In this document: positions 59,463 through 64,000 of the stretch, in pieces
Layout: each line of letters starts with the position of its first letter
Numbering within the stretch: the first letter of the stretch is position 1
From: Thermoplasmata archaeon
Lineage (GTDB): Archaea > Thermoplasmatota > Thermoplasmata > GCA-020350865
Direction of reading: 5' to 3'
Assembly: GCA_020348445.1 (NCBI GenBank)
Contig: CP070751.1
Span: 420,494-484,493 of the forward strand
DNA: 64,000 bases
Notes under the pieces: generated by a model
Seen by the model: only the letters and a program-made list of their open reading frames with translations
Told to the model about the DNA's origin: nothing
Database searches by the model: none
Program-made: the position numbers and the translations under genes

Positions 59463-60899
59463 TTTCTCGAGAACAAGAAGCAGGTAATCCCAGAAATTGG
59501 AGACAGATGAAATTCCCAACCTCTCGTCAGGGCTGTGTGGAAACTCGATATCGGGACCTATTGAAATCATGTCCATACCAGGGAAGTGCTCCCCGATAAT
59601 TCCTGTTTCCAGTCCTGCGTGTATCGCCTTGATCTTGGGCTCCTCCCCGAATTTCTCCTTGTAGGTGTCCTTTGCTAGAGCTAAGAGCTCGGAGTCCATG
59701 TTCGGTTTCCATGAAGGATAGGCATCGCTTATAGTGGCCTTTGCACCTGCAAGCTGTGCTGTGGCCACAATCTGGCTTTGCACGGCCTCGATTGCCGAGT
59801 TCATGGAGGATCTCGTGTTGCAGCCGATTATTATGTCATTGTTCTGCATGTTCACTGTGGCAAGGTTCGTGGACGTGTCCACAAGATCTGGAATGTGGGG
59901 ATTGAATGCCAGGTATCCATGGGGAAGGGCCAGCAAAAGGGAAATAAGATTTGATGAATCATTCTGGGAATAACCCTCTGAACCTTCAAAAGGCGAGTGT
60001 GCTATCTCGATTTTATCCTCGATTCCCTCGTACTCATCCCTAAGTTCACCCTCTATTTTCTTAATAATTTCCTTGGCAGCCTCTGCATTCTCCAAAAGTA
60101 CCTTGGCAGCAGCCTCCCTTGGAATGGCGTTTCTCTTGCTTCCTCCAGAAAATTCAACAAGCATAACCTTTTGATGGTTTGCTATCCCAAAAAGAGCCCT
60201 TGCCAGGCATTTGATGGCATTGGCCCTGCCGAGGTGTATGTCAACTCCTGAGTGTCCTCCCTTTAAACCCTTGACCATGATCTCCGTGCCACTTAGGCCT
60301 ACAACCTGGGATTTGTCTTCCATAGAAAGACTTATTGTTGTATCTCCTCCGCCTGCACAGCCTATTGTGATGGTATCCAGATCCTCGCTGTCAGCGTTAA
60401 TCAGTTTTCTGGATTTTAGGAATTCACCAGTTAGCTTTGAGGCCCCGGTAAGTCCTGTCTCCTCGTCAACTGTGAAGAGCAGCTCAAGCGGTGGATGCTT
60501 TAGGTCCTTTGCCTCAGCCGCTGCAAGCATCATGGCGCATCCTATTCCATTATCCGAGCCTAATGTAGTTCCCTGGGCCATTATGAAGTTATCCTTTCGC
60601 CTCAGAAGAATCGGGTCCTTTGCAAAATCAAAACTCACATCCGCGTTCTTCTCGCAGACCATGTCAAGGTGTCCTTGAAGACAAACGCTTGGGTGATCCT
60701 CATATCCAGGTGATGCGGATTTTAGGATAACCACATTACCTGCCCCGTCCTTTTTTGCTTCAAGGCCGAGATTCTTGGCGGTCTGCATCACATACTCCAC
60801 TACCTGAGCCTCGTTCTTGGAACACCTGGGTATCTTTCTTATCTGATCAAAATAATTCCAAACCAATTCGGGCTCAAGGCCCTTTAATGCTTCGTCCAT
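59457..60899 (-). CDS. pepD: Aminoacyl-histidine dipeptidase (M20C)
   Basis: QGHLDMV, TLGSDNGIG, TVDEETG, GLKGGHSG, HAGLETG and PHSPDER motifs. Confidence 0.95.
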   Translation of the reverse strand: MDEALKGLEPELVWNYFDQIRKIPRCSKNEAQVVEYVMQTAKNLGLEAKKDGAGNVVILKSASPGYEDHPSVCLQGHLDMVCEKNADVSFDFAKDPILLRRKDNFIMAQGTTLGSDNGIGCAMMLAAAEAKDLKHPPLELLFTVDEETGLTGASKLTGEFLKSRKLINADSEDLDTITIGCAGGGDTTISLSMEDKSQVVGLSGTEIMVKGLKGGHSGVDIHLGRANAIKCLARALFGIANHQKVMLVEFSGGSKRNAIPREAAAKVLLENAEAAKEIIKKIEGELRDEYEGIEDKIEIAHSPFEGSEGYSQNDSSNLISLLLALPHGYLAFNPHIPDLVDTSTNLATVNMQNNDIIIGCNTRSSMNSAIEAVQSQIVATAQLAGAKATISDAYPSWKPNMDSELLALAKDTYKEKFGEEPKIKAIHAGLETGIIGEHFPGMDMISIGPDIEFPHSPDERLGISSVSNFWDYLLLVLEKL

Positions 60900-61091
60900 A
60901 TCTTTCACTCCCAACTAAACAATTATGCAGTCACTATCATTTCAATTGCCGCATGTTGATTATATTTAACAGAGTTGCAAATCCCCGTAACGTGATAATC
61001 TTATATAAGCTTATAAACAAAATATAATAAAAAAAACAGGCTCTATCAACCATCTCTTTCAAATAATCCTTACCTAGCAAAAAGAGTTATT

Positions 61092-62411
61092 CTACAAGCA
61101 ACTAACTTCAATGATACCATCGTTGGGGAAGTATCTTACGCTCCGACCCATTCTCTTTGCCTCCACCAAATCCGCGGAAATCAAATCTTGGATATGATAG
61201 TGAATAGTGGAGGAAGCAACACCCAAAGAGGAGGCTATATCAGTTTGGGACATTCCTGGGGATTCTTTTATTCTCTCGATAATAAGTTTTTGGATCTCCT
61301 TCAAATGGTTGGCATTGGATGGAAGCCGCATTTCAGAGGGGTAAAATCGCCTGTAAATCCCGTCCCTTTTGGACTTTATTACGCCCTCCCTCTCAAGAAC
61401 ATGGAGATGGTAGGCAAAGGAGCCATTGGATATGTCAAGGGCTTTTTTTATGGAGTTGTAGTGATCCCCTGGGTTAGCTAATATGTACCCGTGTATCTTT
61501 CCTCTAGTATAATGATCCAATATCTCCTCCTTGTTCAACTTTGTATAAAGGGGTAGGACAAAGCTGAGGAACTTGTACTTGCCGATCTCTGTGCCGCCTA
61601 TTGCGGCAAAAATCCCAATTGTTCCACATGCGCAGGCTGCCACTGTCGTGTTCCACCAGTTGCTTTCTTCCACAGATGGATGAATTGAGATCTCCAACTC
61701 CGCTATATTGCTCAGGAATTCATTATTTGAAGCCTGAAGCAGAACTGTCCTGCTTTCGCGGTTCTCATTGTTATTTATTTTCGGTGCTTTGATCTTAATA
61801 TAGAACTTCGCAATCTCGCCCGCTCTGATACTGATATTCTGTGAAGGTAACATTAAAGTCAAATTTAAATCTCCCTGATAGATGATATCAAGGTTAACGT
61901 TGTCCAGGTTTTGATTGGCTTTTACCGATATGGGAATAATCCTTTCTATTTCTTCCTCGATTGTGGCATAACCGGTCTCTAATTCGAGAGCCGATGTTCC
62001 AATATAGAATACGGCGGTTGTTTTTGCCTCATTATTTCCTAAATTGGCATCAGCAGGTTTTACGTCTTCGATACTGACGAGGATATTATATGCACCATAA
62101 TTAGGTTGCCAATTAACTGATGCAAGGGTTGTAGATTTCTCGTAAACAACGATTTTATCCTCGCCTATGAGATTTTTTTCATAACCCTCGTAAAACCTCA
62201 CAACTGCGGTGGTTTGTGAACCTGTGTTGTGGATTTGAGCATATATGGTGATCTCCTCTTCAGTTACAGGATTCAACTTTGAAAAATAGATATCATCCTC
62301 AAATACACTTAAATCTGGATCATCAAAGCTGTGCACGTTTGAAAGAAGAAGCAGGACAAGAAAAAATAAAAAGAAGATGGCGAATGCTTTCTTTGTACTG
62401 CATAATGGCAA
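61092..62411 (-). CDS. Membrane-anchored transcription regulator: extracellular CARDB/Ig-like domains, TM, cytoplasmic double winged-HTH
   Basis: Signal-like N-terminus and CARDB (N.NNEA); TM; LDHYTRGKI.GYI..NPG.HY...HL..LE and IKESPGMSQTDIA HTH pair. TTG start 9 nt after AGGAGG. Confidence 0.85.
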   Translation of the reverse strand: MPLCSTKKAFAIFFLFFLVLLLLSNVHSFDDPDLSVFEDDIYFSKLNPVTEEEITIYAQIHNTGSQTTAVVRFYEGYEKNLIGEDKIVVYEKSTTLASVNWQPNYGAYNILVSIEDVKPADANLGNNEAKTTAVFYIGTSALELETGYATIEEEIERIIPISVKANQNLDNVNLDIIYQGDLNLTLMLPSQNISIRAGEIAKFYIKIKAPKINNNENRESRTVLLQASNNEFLSNIAELEISIHPSVEESNWWNTTVAACACGTIGIFAAIGGTEIGKYKFLSFVLPLYTKLNKEEILDHYTRGKIHGYILANPGDHYNSIKKALDISNGSFAYHLHVLEREGVIKSKRDGIYRRFYPSEMRLPSNANHLKEIQKLIIERIKESPGMSQTDIASSLGVASSTIHYHIQDLISADLVEAKRMGRSVRYFPNDGIIEVSCL

Positions 62412-64000
62412 CTAGAAGATCCTCCTTTTTATTAGTATGGCAAGAATGGATGCAATGGTTAAGGTTCCCGCCGCTGATACAACCTCTACCTCTGATATCA
62501 TTGGATTTTCCTTTATCTTGTCTATTATTATGACATCAACATATTCAAGGTTGCTCTCAGTCTCGTCGCCGACGGCTTTCAATTTTATGGTGATACCCTT
62601 GGACTCAACCTCATCAGAAGACTCAGGGTCCTTTATTACCAGGTAAAATCTAACGATCTTCCCATCTGGTACATCCTGGACTATGGGTATGATTTCTATA
62701 TCCAGTCCGCCATCATCGATAAGCTCAATGTGCACATTGTGTACATCCCCATAGTACGCTGCAACCTCAACAGGTACCACCCTTTCGCTTTCCTCATTGA
62801 AGGTGGCTATGTTGATCAAACCCGCTGTAAGTATCAAGACGGGATTCCTCACTTTTTTTGGCCAAGGGGCAGGTATTTCAGGTTCTGGAGGTTGCCAAGG
62901 ATTATTCTCTTTTTCAGATATCTCGATGATAACGGAGTTCTTATTGGTTCCATCATTATTATCGCAAACAGTCAAGGTGACACAAAAGGCGCCAGGTGAG
63001 GTAAAGATATGTGAAGCTGTTATGCCACTGTGATAGGATCCATCTCCGAAATCCCATTCATAGGACACTATGTAACCGTCTGGATCGTACGATGAATTAC
63101 CTGCGAACTGTACTTGTTCACCCATAAAGTAGGTTTCAGATTCTTCTTCAATATAAACAATGGGCAGCATATTTGTCACGAACACGATACATGTTTCGGT
63201 ATCGGTAGCACCTTCATCATCCACTACAAATAAAGTTACGATATAGGTTCTGTGTTCGGAGTAGGAATGGGTTACCATCATACCCTTGGCAGTGAATCCG
63301 TCTCCAAAGTCCCATTCGTAGCTCACTATGGTTCCGTCGAGGTCAAAAGAGCCATTGCCATTGAATATGAGCTCTTCATATGGATGTGCAAATCTGTCTG
63401 ATCCTGCATCTGCAACCGGCGACCAATTATCTTCTTGGAGCTTTCGCACGATTACCATGACTGTATCGCAATCAGTGGCTCCGTCATCATCTGTCACAGT
63501 TAAGGAAACAGTATAATTTCCAGGATAATGGTAGACATGCTTAACAGTAACACCACCTTTAGAAATTCCATCCCCGAAGTTCCAGTGATAGGTAACTATG
63601 TATCCATCTGGATCATACGAGCAATTGCCCGAGAACCAGGCCTCTTCTCCAACGTACACAATTTGAACAGGTGGTTCTGCCATTGCAACTGGGGGAAGAT
63701 TCTCAGGTGGTGGATCCCCCTCCTCAACTATTACAATGACCTCATGAGAATCAGTTGCACCGTCATCGTCTGTTACAGTCAATGTAACAGTATAATTTCC
63801 GGGATAATTGTAGATATGAGTTACCCACTCTCCGTTTCCTGAGGTTCCGTCTCCAAAGTCCCAGTGATAGGAAACAATGTATCCATCTGGATCATACGAG
63901 CAATTGCCTGAGAACCAAGCCTCTTCTCCGACATATATCATTTGAATGGGGGGTTCTGCCATTGCAACAGGAGGCTGATTCTGCGGTGGGCCCTCCTCTT
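62412..64000 (-). CDS. Multi-PKD surface protein with C-terminal TM; 5' end lies beyond the right edge
   Basis: Four WDFGDG/WNFGDG PKD units. The frame is open to base 64000 (EEGPPQNQPPVAMA). C-terminal TM + KRR. Confidence 0.88.
   Translation of the reverse strand, partial: EEGPPQNQPPVAMAEPPIQMIYVGEEAWFSGNCSYDPDGYIVSYHWDFGDGTSGNGEWVTHIYNYPGNYTVTLTVTDDDGATDSHEVIVIVEEGDPPPENLPPVAMAEPPVQIVYVGEEAWFSGNCSYDPDGYIVTYHWNFGDGISKGGVTVKHVYHYPGNYTVSLTVTDDDGATDCDTVMVIVRKLQEDNWSPVADAGSDRFAHPYEELIFNGNGSFDLDGTIVSYEWDFGDGFTAKGMMVTHSYSEHRTYIVTLFVVDDEGATDTETCIVFVTNMLPIVYIEEESETYFMGEQVQFAGNSSYDPDGYIVSYEWDFGDGSYHSGITASHIFTSPGAFCVTLTVCDNNDGTNKNSVIIEISEKENNPWQPPEPEIPAPWPKKVRNPVLILTAGLINIATFNEESERVVPVEVAAYYGDVHNVHIELIDDGGLDIEIIPIVQDVPDGKIVRFYLVIKDPESSDEVESKGITIKLKAVGDETESNLEYVDVIIIDKIKENPMISEVEVVSAAGTLTIASILAILIKRRIF
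63582..63968 (-). repeat. Recent 279-bp intragenic PKD duplication
   Basis: 63582-63689 and 63861-63968 are near-identical at DNA level (TGTATCCATCTGGATCATACGAGCAATTGCC...). Confidence 0.85.

Noticed and set aside
62409-62414. In-frame TAG directly joining the PKD ORF to the CARDB-HTH ORF (possible pyrrolysine or read-through fusion)
   Set aside because: The upstream protein ends properly in TM + KRR. The downstream ORF has its own AGGAGG 9 nt before TTG and its own signal peptide. TAG acts as a normal stop elsewhere in the window.
264-63842. Numerous 60-200-aa ORFs in the track antisense to or overlapping long genes
   Set aside because: They are shadow frames of well-supported CDSs, with no RBS or recognisable motifs.
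1-64000. CRISPR array, tRNA/rRNA or IS element
   Set aside because: I found no regularly spaced repeat-spacer array, no cloverleaf or rRNA signature, and no transposase ORF or terminal inverted repeats.

Overview
A 64 kb gene-dense archaeal chromosomal segment, most likely from a Thermoplasmatota lineage. That placement is inferred from the archaeal aroA'/aroB' shikimate route, the GHMP shikimate kinase, the thiolase-HMGS-DUF35 cluster, ThiDN, DUF835 and double-wHTH membrane regulators. Housekeeping content: isoprenoid/lipid genes, pdxT, thiDN, an aro operon, lysC/asd, pepD, a cold-shock protein and a three-gene K+ channel/RCK cluster. These are interleaved with about eleven large secreted or membrane-anchored proteins (FG-GAP propellers, PKD, NosD, CARDB, IgGFc-like and unnamed domains). 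I saw no tRNA, rRNA, CRISPR array, integrase or transposase. Three observations stand out. (1) A lone phage T4 gp19/eCIS-type tail-tube gene carries an export signal peptide and has no other tail genes nearby. (2) A conserved non-coding element occurs four times, each copy just downstream of a TATA-like box; three copies lead secreted-protein genes, including the tube gene. (3) The shikimate operon lacks EPSP synthase, has a chorismate synthase with altered signature motifs, and embeds an aryl-CoA-ligase-family gene and a UbiA prenyltransferase. This may indicate an undescribed route to a prenylated aromatic compound. All family assignments are from motif recognition, not database searches.
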